Below, one piece after another: positions 1 to 8,253 of a stretch of 64,000 nt of DNA. Position 1 is the first letter of the stretch. The number at the start of each line of letters is the position of its first letter. The DNA is from Candidatus Latescibacterota bacterium. Lineage in GTDB: Bacteria > Latescibacterota > UBA2968 > UBA8231. Location of the stretch: contig OZ244561.1 in the NCBI GenBank assembly GCA_965217585.1, positions 5,248,001-5,312,000 of the forward strand, in the 5' to 3' direction. A model generated the notes under the pieces. The model did no database searches. It had not been told where the DNA came from and saw nothing but the letters and a program-made list of their open reading frames with translations. Made by a program: the position numbers and the translations under genes.

Positions 1-744
1 TTGGGCACCTACTTAGGTGCAATCGGCGGCGGCACGCAGGACTACTTCGGCTACATCGGCATGTTGCGGGAGAAGGCTTGGGGCCTGCTGGGCCGCAAAG
101 TGGAGGCCGCCGAGGAGGGCGTGGCCATCGCGCCCGACGATGAAAATATCGCCCGGGGCAGAGCGTGGCTGCGGGGTCCATTGGTGGACTCGGGGGTATC
201 CTTTGCCTGCGTGGTGATTTTTACCATGGCCTTTGTGGTGCTCGGCGCGGCCGTGCTCCGTCCCCAGCACATCGTGCCAGAGGGAATGCAGCTACTCTCG
301 GTGCAGGCCGATTTCCTCACGATCCTGCATCCGGCCTTGGTCTATCTGTACCAATTCGGCGTGTTCACCGCGTTTTTTGGCACCATCATGGCCGCGTACG
401 AGCTCTATACGCGCACTACCTACGAGTGCCTCCGGCCCATCGTCCGGCGGGTGCGCGAGGTGCCCGTCGCCCGGCTGCGGCCGTGGGTAGTGGCCTACTG
501 CGGTGTTGGTGGCGTCGCCATTATGTGGCTGGGCGGCAACCCGGTGGCGATCGTGACGCCAGCGGCGATCTTCGGTGGGGTGCTCACCTGCGGGCTGTGG
601 TGCTTACTGATGGTATGGACCGACTACCGCTTCCTGCCGGTACCGCTGCGCATGGGATGGCCGCTGCGGGCGCTCAATTTGGTTAGCGGCGTCTTCCTCA
701 CGGTCTGGGGCCTTCGCGGTGCCTTCGACTTCTTCGCGGGTTGA
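1..744 (+). CDS. Multi-TM transporter, Nramp/APC-like, 5'-truncated by the window edge
   Basis: Open frame from base 1 with multiple hydrophobic helices (e.g. FMAFVVLGAAVL-like segment, FGVFTAFFGT), resembling the C-terminal half of Nramp-like permeases. Confidence 0.6.
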   Translation: MGTYLGAIGGGTQDYFGYIGMLREKAWGLLGRKVEAAEEGVAIAPDDENIARGRAWLRGPLVDSGVSFACVVIFTMAFVVLGAAVLRPQHIVPEGMQLLSVQADFLTILHPALVYLYQFGVFTAFFGTIMAAYELYTRTTYECLRPIVRRVREVPVARLRPWVVAYCGVGGVAIMWLGGNPVAIVTPAAIFGGVLTCGLWCLLMVWTDYRFLPVPLRMGWPLRALNLVSGVFLTVWGLRGAFDFFAG

Positions 745-750
745 AGCAGC

Positions 751-1887
751 TTGCGCGTCTCCGACGACATCTGGACGCAGGTCGAAGCTGTGTTGCACAG
801 CGGCACTCGGCTGGCGCTGGCGACTACCGGTGGGGGCAGCGAACTCATTAGCTGGCTCTTGAATCACCCTGGGGCCTCGCGCGCGATCATCGAAGCCCAA
901 GTGCCCTATAGCGAGCGAGCGCTAGCGGCGTATCTGGCCTCGGCGGGGCCGCATGGGGCAAACGAGCAAACGGCGCGGGATATGGCGGGGCGGGCCTTTG
1001 TGCGGGCCGCTTCCTTTGCCGAGCCGGGGCCGGGCTATATCGGCGTGGGCTGCAGTGCGGCCTTGGCGACGAGCAGGCCGCGGCGCGGCGCGGATCGGGG
1101 CTGCCTCGCGCTGCGCTTGGAGTGCGCCTATCGCTTGTACACTCTGCGCTTTGACAAGGGCGCAGCCGACCGCTTGGAGCAAGAGGAGGTCTTGAGCCGC
1201 TTGGCTTTGGAGGCCATAGTGGAGGCCTGCGGTGGCCCGGTCGCCGGTGCATCGCTGCCGGACTACGCGCATCTTGCGCGGCGCGAGTTGGCGTTGGACG
1301 ATCCGCTGGGCTTGCTGTTTGCGGGCGAGTTGGACGTCGTCGAAATGCGTCCCGATGGGGCGATTTGCCCGGAGGTCGAGCGTGGGGAGCGCCTGCTCTT
1401 GTCCGGGTCCTTCAACCCGCTGCACGAGGGACACGAGCAACTCGCGGCTGCGGCGGGACAGCTAAGTGGTCGGCGGCCGAGCTTGGAACTGTCCATCGAA
1501 AATGTCGATAAGCCGCCCCTGCAAAGGAGCGAGGTCGAGCAGCGCTTGGCGCAGGTGCGCGGTCGCTTTCCTGTGGTGATGACGCGGTCGCCGACCTTTT
1601 TGCAGAAGGCTCGGCTCTTTGGCGGTTGCCATTTTGCGCTGGGGTACGATACGGCTGTGCGGCTTTTGCAGGGCCAATATTATGATAAAGGGGAGCGGGG
1701 CTTGGCGGCGGCGCTGGCGGAATTTGCCGCGGGGGGCTGTCGCTTTTGGGTGGCCGGACGGGTGGAGGGAGATGCGTACCGCACCTTAGCGGATATAGAT
1801 ATACCCACAAAGTATGTGGACCTTTTCGCGCCGGTGCCCTTTAGGATGGATATCAGTTCTACGGAACTCCGCGCTCGGAAGGCTTAG
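751..1887 (+). CDS. CinA/PncC-like N-terminal domain fused to an HxGH nucleotidyltransferase (NadD/NMNAT-like)
   Basis: TGGG...PGASR..IEAQVPY N-terminal domain; SGSFNPLHEGH (HxGH motif) and C-terminal DISSTELR. Confidence 0.7.
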   Translation: MRVSDDIWTQVEAVLHSGTRLALATTGGGSELISWLLNHPGASRAIIEAQVPYSERALAAYLASAGPHGANEQTARDMAGRAFVRAASFAEPGPGYIGVGCSAALATSRPRRGADRGCLALRLECAYRLYTLRFDKGAADRLEQEEVLSRLALEAIVEACGGPVAGASLPDYAHLARRELALDDPLGLLFAGELDVVEMRPDGAICPEVERGERLLLSGSFNPLHEGHEQLAAAAGQLSGRRPSLELSIENVDKPPLQRSEVEQRLAQVRGRFPVVMTRSPTFLQKARLFGGCHFALGYDTAVRLLQGQYYDKGERGLAAALAEFAAGGCRFWVAGRVEGDAYRTLADIDIPTKYVDLFAPVPFRMDISSTELRARKA

Positions 1888-1891
1888 GAAG

Positions 1892-2191
1892 ATGGCCGAA
1901 GAAAAATGGGAAGAGCCTGAAGCGGTGGAAGTGCCCATCGACGGCACGCTGGACCTGCACACCTTCCATCCGCGCGACCTCAAAGAGTTGTTGCCCGACT
2001 ATTTGGATGCCTGTCGCCAAGCGGGCATTTTGCAGGTGCGCGTCATCCACGGCAAGGGCACGGGCCAGTTGCGACGCTCGGTACACGCCATTTTGGGCCG
2101 CTTGCCCGAAGTGGAAACGTTCCGCTTGGCTGGCGAAGGTGGTGGTGGCTGGGGGGCTACTTTGGTCTGGTTGGTGCCGCTCGACGTTTGA
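1892..2191 (+). CDS. Smr/MutS2 domain protein
   Basis: LDLH, VRVIHGKGTGQLR and GGWGATLV motifs; ATG at 1892. Confidence 0.9.
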   Translation: MAEEKWEEPEAVEVPIDGTLDLHTFHPRDLKELLPDYLDACRQAGILQVRVIHGKGTGQLRRSVHAILGRLPEVETFRLAGEGGGGWGATLVWLVPLDV

Positions 2192-2244
2192 CTATAGAAG
2201 GAGCGTCGCGGCAGGACGGACAGCTAACGGCCCTTAGGTTCTTC

Positions 2245-2273
2245 TTGATTCATCTTATATACATGTATATAGT
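2245..2273 (+). promoter_or_regulatory. Sigma70-like promoter overlapped by a perfect 16-bp palindrome
   Basis: TTGATT (2245-2250), 17 bp, TATAGT (2268-2273); palindrome TATATACATGTATATA at 2256-2271. Confidence 0.6.
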
Positions 2274-2383
2274 TTATCACGACTTACTAACGAATATCAC
2301 GCTTCAGAGGCAGCCTTCGGTACACTATTCAGAGGTGCGCAAGGCTGGAATCTCGACTGTCTATTAAAGAGCCGATCCTCGCT

Positions 2384-4402
2384 ATGACACATCGTCTCAT
2401 CGGTTCCCTTCTCAAACTGCCGCAGTCGTTACAGATAGTCCTTCCTTTGCCAATTCTCCTTCTGCTGCTGTCCGTGTGTCCAACCAGCGCGCAGGATGTT
2501 TTTACGGTCGGCGGCGACGAACGTTCTTGGCTCAATTCTGGCACAACACCTGGGGGCGTGATCGATTTTGTCGAGCAATTGGGAACTATCGAGGACGCCA
2601 ACGGCGAAAAAGTGTTCGCCGTTGGTTTGGATTCCCTGCAAAACTGGATCATGCCGCTGCGCTTGCGCTCTGATTTCAACATTTCGCTCGGTGTTCTCGA
2701 GCGGGGGGGCACTGTAGATATTCCGGGACTGGATGCCAGCCAGAAAAATCCAGAGCAATTGGAGGGCATGCTCAATGGCGACCACCGAGTGGCTTTTGAT
2801 CGCAAGTTCGTGGCCGGCCGCATCGTGCGCAACAACGGCGTCACCATTCGCATTGACCTCGGTGCGCGCTTCGGAGTGGACCGAATTGTGTTCTATCCGA
2901 GGATGACGGCGTCGTTTCCCTTTGGGAACGAATTCATGCGGGGATATGAGTTGTTCCTCAACGACGGTTTGCCGCAAAACCTCTTTGCCAGTGGGCAACC
3001 CATTTTTACCTCGCCGGTGCGGCGCGATCCAGACAACCGCGAGGCCAGAGTGGACGCACAGATCAACCCCCAATTTGTCCGCTTTCTGCAGCTCAAGTCG
3101 ATTTCCACCCTAGGATTTGAAATTGACGAGATAGAGGTGTACGGCAGGGGGTTCGTACCGACGGCCAGCTATGTGTCCAATGTGCTAGATCTGGGCGAGG
3201 AGGTAGTCTGGGGGCGAATCGCTTGGAGCGAAGTGGCCGCGGGCAATAGCGCGGATTCCAAAATAGAAATCCGCGTACGTAGCGGGCGGGATACGACGCC
3301 AGATGTCTTTTTCCGCAATGCCAATGTAGGTGGTCGGCAACCCGAATATGTGTCCACCGATAGCGAGGGCAATAAGCTGACAGAAGAAACCTTCGAAAAA
3401 CTGGCGAAGAACCAGCAGGGGCCTATCAAATCCGACACCGACAACGGCTGGGTCCAGTGGCAAGTGGTCGACAATGGTAGCCCTCTGACGGTGCCGGCAC
3501 CACGGCGCTACTTCCAGTTCCGCATCGACTTCACCAATCTGAGCCTGGATGCTAGTCGCGCTGTCGCCGACTTGGGCTTCCAGTTCGCACGCCCCCCAGT
3601 TGACCGCATCGTCGCCGAGGTGGGACCACCGCGGACCGAGGTCGGCAAACAGACGACTTTTACGTACTTCGCCCGCATCACCAATACTACGGGCCGGCCG
3701 GGATTCACCCGCTTTGAAATCGAAACCCCGGCTCGCATCGCGGCCATCCATTCGGTGGAGATCCAAGATAGGGCGGGCAATCGCCTAGATGGAGCCGAGT
3801 TCAGCAGCGATCTGGCCGGTGTGTCTTTGCCCCTGCGCGTCGGATCGTTCTCCATTGAGGCGGTGGAGAACGACCACTTTGCCCTAAGCTTACCCTTGGT
3901 TGACGCCGATGGCACTCTTTTGAAGATTGTCTTTGATGCAGCCGTTTTCCGCTATGGTACGCGTTTCCAAGGGCGGGCTTTTGCCGATGCCAGCGTACAA
4001 GTGCCGCTGCAGACCGAAGGCGGGGATGCTTCAGCCGAACAGGATACCGACGAGTTGCTGGTGCGAATTCCCGTGGGCTCGCAGGTGGCTGGTCCGCTGG
4101 CAATCCAGCCGCGGACCTTCACCCCCAACGGAGATGGGGCCAATGACGTGGCGGAAATAAGCTATGCGGTTCTGCACCTGCTCGAACCATCGCCGAGCGA
4201 GGTAAATATCTACGACTTGACTGGTGGCCGCGTGCGGCGGCTCAACGCTGCCGAGGTCCAAAACGGCCGTATCCAGCTACAGTGGGACGGTCGTGGCGAC
4301 GACGATCGCCTAGTACCGCCGGGCATCTACTTGGCGGTAGTGGAAATTCGCTCCGACCGGGAGACCGAGCGGCGGTCCAGCAGTGTGTCCGTGGTATACT
4401 AG
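2384..4402 (+). CDS. Secreted protein with discoidin-like domain and C-terminal FlgD-Ig domain (short class)
   Basis: Signal peptide; DLGARFGVDRIVFYPR; PRTFTPNGDGAND...WDGR...PGIY; ends SVVY. Paralog of 61857-63914. Confidence 0.75.
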   Translation: MTHRLIGSLLKLPQSLQIVLPLPILLLLLSVCPTSAQDVFTVGGDERSWLNSGTTPGGVIDFVEQLGTIEDANGEKVFAVGLDSLQNWIMPLRLRSDFNISLGVLERGGTVDIPGLDASQKNPEQLEGMLNGDHRVAFDRKFVAGRIVRNNGVTIRIDLGARFGVDRIVFYPRMTASFPFGNEFMRGYELFLNDGLPQNLFASGQPIFTSPVRRDPDNREARVDAQINPQFVRFLQLKSISTLGFEIDEIEVYGRGFVPTASYVSNVLDLGEEVVWGRIAWSEVAAGNSADSKIEIRVRSGRDTTPDVFFRNANVGGRQPEYVSTDSEGNKLTEETFEKLAKNQQGPIKSDTDNGWVQWQVVDNGSPLTVPAPRRYFQFRIDFTNLSLDASRAVADLGFQFARPPVDRIVAEVGPPRTEVGKQTTFTYFARITNTTGRPGFTRFEIETPARIAAIHSVEIQDRAGNRLDGAEFSSDLAGVSLPLRVGSFSIEAVENDHFALSLPLVDADGTLLKIVFDAAVFRYGTRFQGRAFADASVQVPLQTEGGDASAEQDTDELLVRIPVGSQVAGPLAIQPRTFTPNGDGANDVAEISYAVLHLLEPSPSEVNIYDLTGGRVRRLNAAEVQNGRIQLQWDGRGDDDRLVPPGIYLAVVEIRSDRETERRSSSVSVVY

Positions 4403-4428
4403 GGGCTAGCCAAGTGAGGAGGGGGATT

Positions 4429-7098
4429 TTGAGCAAGCGCTATCTGATTGTGGTAGGTGCTGTTCTCTGCGCGCTAGGCTGGAGTGCGCCGACTTTGGTT
4501 GGTGCCCAAGCGTACGACTCGCGCATGGGTAGAGTGAAACAGGGTGGGAAGGTGGATTTTTCTCCGCAAGGACCGGGGGTATTATTCGACGCCCTAGATC
4601 CGGCAGTACGCAAATGGTACGTCCCCCAAGAGCTGTATAAGGAGTACCAGTGGAGACAGTGGGAGTACTCCAACTACGCCCGCGAGCCCTATCAGCGCTA
4701 TGTGGACACCGCGTTGGAGGGCGATTTCTTCTACGATTTCTTCGGCAATCTAGTCACCCGAGGCTGGTTGATCTACGATTGGCAGCAAGATCGCCCCCAG
4801 CAATTCGGCAGTAGCATCCTCAAGACCAACAGGTTCAACCAATGGTTCACCCGAGTAGCCGTTTCCTCGGACCACAAGGGCCAATACCACTATAGCATCA
4901 CGATTGGCGATGAGATCCGCACTACTTTGACGCCGATGACTTTTTCTAAACCCACATTCAACGGCATTCAGTGGGACTTTGCTGCCGACAAGTACCAGGG
5001 TACTCTACTACTGGCCCGCCCCAGTCGGCCGGCCGTGGCCACCTCTTTGGATATCCCCGATCAGAAGACCAGCGTCACCAACTTACTGGGTGGGCGAGGT
5101 ATCGTTCAGGTCGGCGACTTCGTCCAGGTCGGGGCGACCTATGTGACCGCCTTCCAAGGTCAGACGCTATTCGACGATTTCACCGGCAACCCTTTTGCGG
5201 GCGGGGCTCTGACCACCGACCAGAATGCGCTACCCATATCCCGCATCATTATCCGGCTGTCGGACGACTCGCCCGCAGACGGGGTGGGCGGGGCGGCCCT
5301 GTTTGACGACGAGATCATCATCGAGGATGTGGACGGCAACATTTTCCGAGGCAGTGCCATAGGATTCGAGCCCATACGCGAAGGGGGGTTCCAACGGGTG
5401 GGGTTTTTAGCTGCGGACGGAGACGAGCGCATTACTCTCACCTACGACTTTACTGACCCTTTGTACACCGGACCCGATCCTACGACTATTGAAAGAGTAT
5501 CCTTTGAATTGGTGATCTCCAACGACTACAAGGTGGAAATCACGTCCGACCGGCAGACCAACCGGGACTCACAGCCCGTTTTCTTGCTGATCGAACGGGC
5601 CCAGAACAATATCCGCGACAACTCCAATCAGCGACTGTTGCAATTCGACTATGGTCTGCCCACGGCCAATACCATCCTTGGCGTTACTTTAGAGTCCAAC
5701 AAGGTTTGGGGTTTTGACTTGTACGGGGAGTACGATTTCAACAATCAGTACCGCCAGTATCCCAACCTCAATCTAAAGGATCATCGCAAGGCGGTTAACG
5801 ACGCCCAGGCATGGATGTTCAACCTGTCCAAGGCGTCCTATCCTTGGTTCGTCTTTCTCGAAGGCTATAGCATGGACGCGGACTATTCTACCCGCACCTT
5901 CCTAGCGGGTACTCGGGGACAGGACGAAATCGATTACGAAGACGAAATATCCTATATCTACGAGTTCGTCGAGGACAACGATGACCAAGACCGCCGGCCG
6001 GACTGGAACCGCTATAGTATGCTGTCGGACAATGCGGTCTTTCCGGGTTTTGACGAGAACAACGATTTCGTCTCGGATTTCAACCAGAACGATACGGAGG
6101 ATCGCCAGAACTTCATTCCCGATTACGAAGAGCCCTTCCTGCGCTATCACGCCGATAGACCCGAATACCTCTTTGGCGTTGACATGAACAACAACGGCTG
6201 GATCGACCGCTTTGAAAACGACGAAGAACCCGATTATCCCTATGGGCGCGACCACCGTGGCTACAATATCTACGCGGGAACCCACATCGGGCCCGAGGCC
6301 CGGCTAACCGTCGGGCGTTTGCGCGAAAAACTGCTGGCGGGGGATCGCAAAAACGAATCCACGTACCTGCTCTTCACCTACGAAAGGGATTTTGCCCAGT
6401 TGGGCCGTTTGCGGGTGTTCGACAACTTCAAACTGGTCGAGGACGACATTCCCGACAACCTCTTCCAGTGGGTGCAGCCGTCTAATTCCCGCGGTACTCA
6501 ACAGCGCGTTTTTGATTTGCTCCCGGCTCGCGACACCTGGGTCAACACTTCCTATGTACAGTTCGATTTCACGCTCGTAGGGAACCTGAATGTAATCAAC
6601 AAATTCAAGACTGAAATCTACAACCAGCGCCGGGATCAGCGCGACCTGCGCGGCACGGCTAGCTTTGTCGGTCTCATCAACAAAGTCGATTACACTTTCC
6701 CAGTGAGAAACATCGAACTTGAACCGCGCTTCAAGAGCGAATTTTTGCGCGAGCGCCCCGTGCGCAAGCGCGACCCGGAGCGCCGCGAGTTGACTGAGAC
6801 GCTTTTTCTTATTGCCCGCATTCCCCTGCTCTCCCATACGCTCATCGAGTTGGGACTAGAACTGTCCCATTTTGAGCAGTTCCGCGACGACGAGGAGGGG
6901 GTGCCGGTCAATCGCGACTTGGAGCCGGATTCTTTCAGTCGCATTGTCGCGGTGCAATTTAATAACTCTTCGGATTACTTGGGCTACAGGCTCCATCTGC
7001 AGACGGGATTTCGCCTGCAGAAGCTGACGTTTGAAAATCTGCCCCCTAGCACGACTAGCAAGATATTCATGACGGCCTATGCAGGGCTGGAACGCTAG
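4429..7098 (+). CDS. Large acidic secreted protein, putative outer-membrane beta-barrel
   Basis: TTG start after GAGGAGG; signal peptide; Asp/Asn-rich DxNxD/NG motifs; amphipathic beta-strand C-terminus; strong paralog of 54228-56888. Confidence 0.65.
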   Translation: MSKRYLIVVGAVLCALGWSAPTLVGAQAYDSRMGRVKQGGKVDFSPQGPGVLFDALDPAVRKWYVPQELYKEYQWRQWEYSNYAREPYQRYVDTALEGDFFYDFFGNLVTRGWLIYDWQQDRPQQFGSSILKTNRFNQWFTRVAVSSDHKGQYHYSITIGDEIRTTLTPMTFSKPTFNGIQWDFAADKYQGTLLLARPSRPAVATSLDIPDQKTSVTNLLGGRGIVQVGDFVQVGATYVTAFQGQTLFDDFTGNPFAGGALTTDQNALPISRIIIRLSDDSPADGVGGAALFDDEIIIEDVDGNIFRGSAIGFEPIREGGFQRVGFLAADGDERITLTYDFTDPLYTGPDPTTIERVSFELVISNDYKVEITSDRQTNRDSQPVFLLIERAQNNIRDNSNQRLLQFDYGLPTANTILGVTLESNKVWGFDLYGEYDFNNQYRQYPNLNLKDHRKAVNDAQAWMFNLSKASYPWFVFLEGYSMDADYSTRTFLAGTRGQDEIDYEDEISYIYEFVEDNDDQDRRPDWNRYSMLSDNAVFPGFDENNDFVSDFNQNDTEDRQNFIPDYEEPFLRYHADRPEYLFGVDMNNNGWIDRFENDEEPDYPYGRDHRGYNIYAGTHIGPEARLTVGRLREKLLAGDRKNESTYLLFTYERDFAQLGRLRVFDNFKLVEDDIPDNLFQWVQPSNSRGTQQRVFDLLPARDTWVNTSYVQFDFTLVGNLNVINKFKTEIYNQRRDQRDLRGTASFVGLINKVDYTFPVRNIELEPRFKSEFLRERPVRKRDPERRELTETLFLIARIPLLSHTLIELGLELSHFEQFRDDEEGVPVNRDLEPDSFSRIVAVQFNNSSDYLGYRLHLQTGFRLQKLTFENLPPSTTSKIFMTAYAGLER

Positions 7099-7262
7099 TG
7101 GGTTTGATCTTCGCAAAGTTGAATCAGGTTGAGATTGCAGCGATATAACATGGCGATCTGTTAGCAGCTGAAAGGAGGAAAAAAAACAGTCGTCGTTTCA
7201 GCCCCTATTGGGGTAGCAAAAGACACAATGACTCACTCACTAACTTAAAAAGAGGTGTTGCA

Positions 7263-8135
7263 ATGAAGAGAATTAATGAGACAGCAATTGCTTTACTGGT
7301 CTCGGCCCTCATGGTTGGCGCGGCTTTTGGCCACCAAGGGGAGATGAGGTTCATGTTCCAGTTCCCGGATCACCTGACGCCGGTGCTGGACGGCGATATG
7401 TCGGACTGGGACATTGTAAGCGATGTGTACAAGATCAAAGCCGAAACCATGTTCAACCAGTTCGGCGCGCCCATGGATCTGAGCGACTTCAATGCCTCGC
7501 TCATTTGGGCCTACAACATCAACGACGGCAAGGCCTATTTTTCAGCTTGGATTGCCGACGACTTCATCAACGACACCGAGAAATGGTCCACGACTACAGA
7601 TTGGGACCACTCCGGCGGTATCTTTCGCGGCTTCGACCAAGGGGATGATTTCGAGACCCGCTGGGCCAGTGCCCAAGCCCAACGCTACGATCTGGCTGGC
7701 CCAATTTTCAGCTCTTCCGGTTATTATACCCGGATTATCGATGGCTCCAAAGCTTGGGCGGGCCAGCCCCCTTACGTGGAGTGGGCCGGCAAGTTTCTCC
7801 GCGGCGACGTCAATACCCAAGAGCCAGCTGAAATGTTCGGCGAATACTCCGTTGTGCCCTTTGACGACATCCATCCCGACGGTGCCGACCAGAGTGTTCA
7901 ACACAATTGGGTCGAAGGCACAGTTATCGGTATAGAGGTCAACTGGGGCGACAAGGATGCCGATCCCGGCTCCTACGACGATGCCTATTGGTCTGGTTTC
8001 GGTGGCGTAGGTGCTTCTAGGGATGCCGACCAGTTCGGCGACTATCTGTTGGCACCCATCGAAGAGGGGCTACCCGATGCCGGAGCTACCGCAGTCGAGG
8101 CCAGCACTTGGGGCCAGATCAAGTCCACCTTCTAA
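7263..8135 (+). CDS. Secreted CBM9/DOMON-like protein with C-terminal AVE..TWGQIK motif
   Basis: RBS AGAGGTG; signal peptide; PVLDGDMSDWD and AYFSAWIADD patterns; ends TAVEASTWGQIKSTF. Confidence 0.6.
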   Translation: MKRINETAIALLVSALMVGAAFGHQGEMRFMFQFPDHLTPVLDGDMSDWDIVSDVYKIKAETMFNQFGAPMDLSDFNASLIWAYNINDGKAYFSAWIADDFINDTEKWSTTTDWDHSGGIFRGFDQGDDFETRWASAQAQRYDLAGPIFSSSGYYTRIIDGSKAWAGQPPYVEWAGKFLRGDVNTQEPAEMFGEYSVVPFDDIHPDGADQSVQHNWVEGTVIGIEVNWGDKDADPGSYDDAYWSGFGGVGASRDADQFGDYLLAPIEEGLPDAGATAVEASTWGQIKSTF

Positions 8136-8184
8136 TAAGGCCGACTCGACTGCCTGTACCTATAGACGTTGCAGGATAGTTTCA

Positions 8185-8216
8185 GGCGGGATTTACGGGC
8201 GACTGTAAATCCCGCC
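8185..8216 (+). terminator. 12-bp stem-loop after the CBM9-like gene (terminator or mRNA stabiliser)
   Basis: GGCGGGATTTAC ... GTAAATCCCGCC followed by GTTCTCTT (weak U-tract). Confidence 0.6.
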
Positions 8217-8253
8217 GTTCTCTTAGTTGGCGACCAAGCAAAGGAGGCACTGG

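Noticed and set aside
2384-4402. Flagellar hook-cap (flgD) annotation for the FlgD-Ig proteins
   Set aside because: Only the C-terminal Ig-like domain matches; the proteins have Sec signal peptides and no flagellar genes are nearby.
7179-7187. A9 tract upstream of the CBM9-like gene as a phase-variation switch
   Set aside because: Intergenic and not demonstrably within a promoter spacer; needs read-level length variation.
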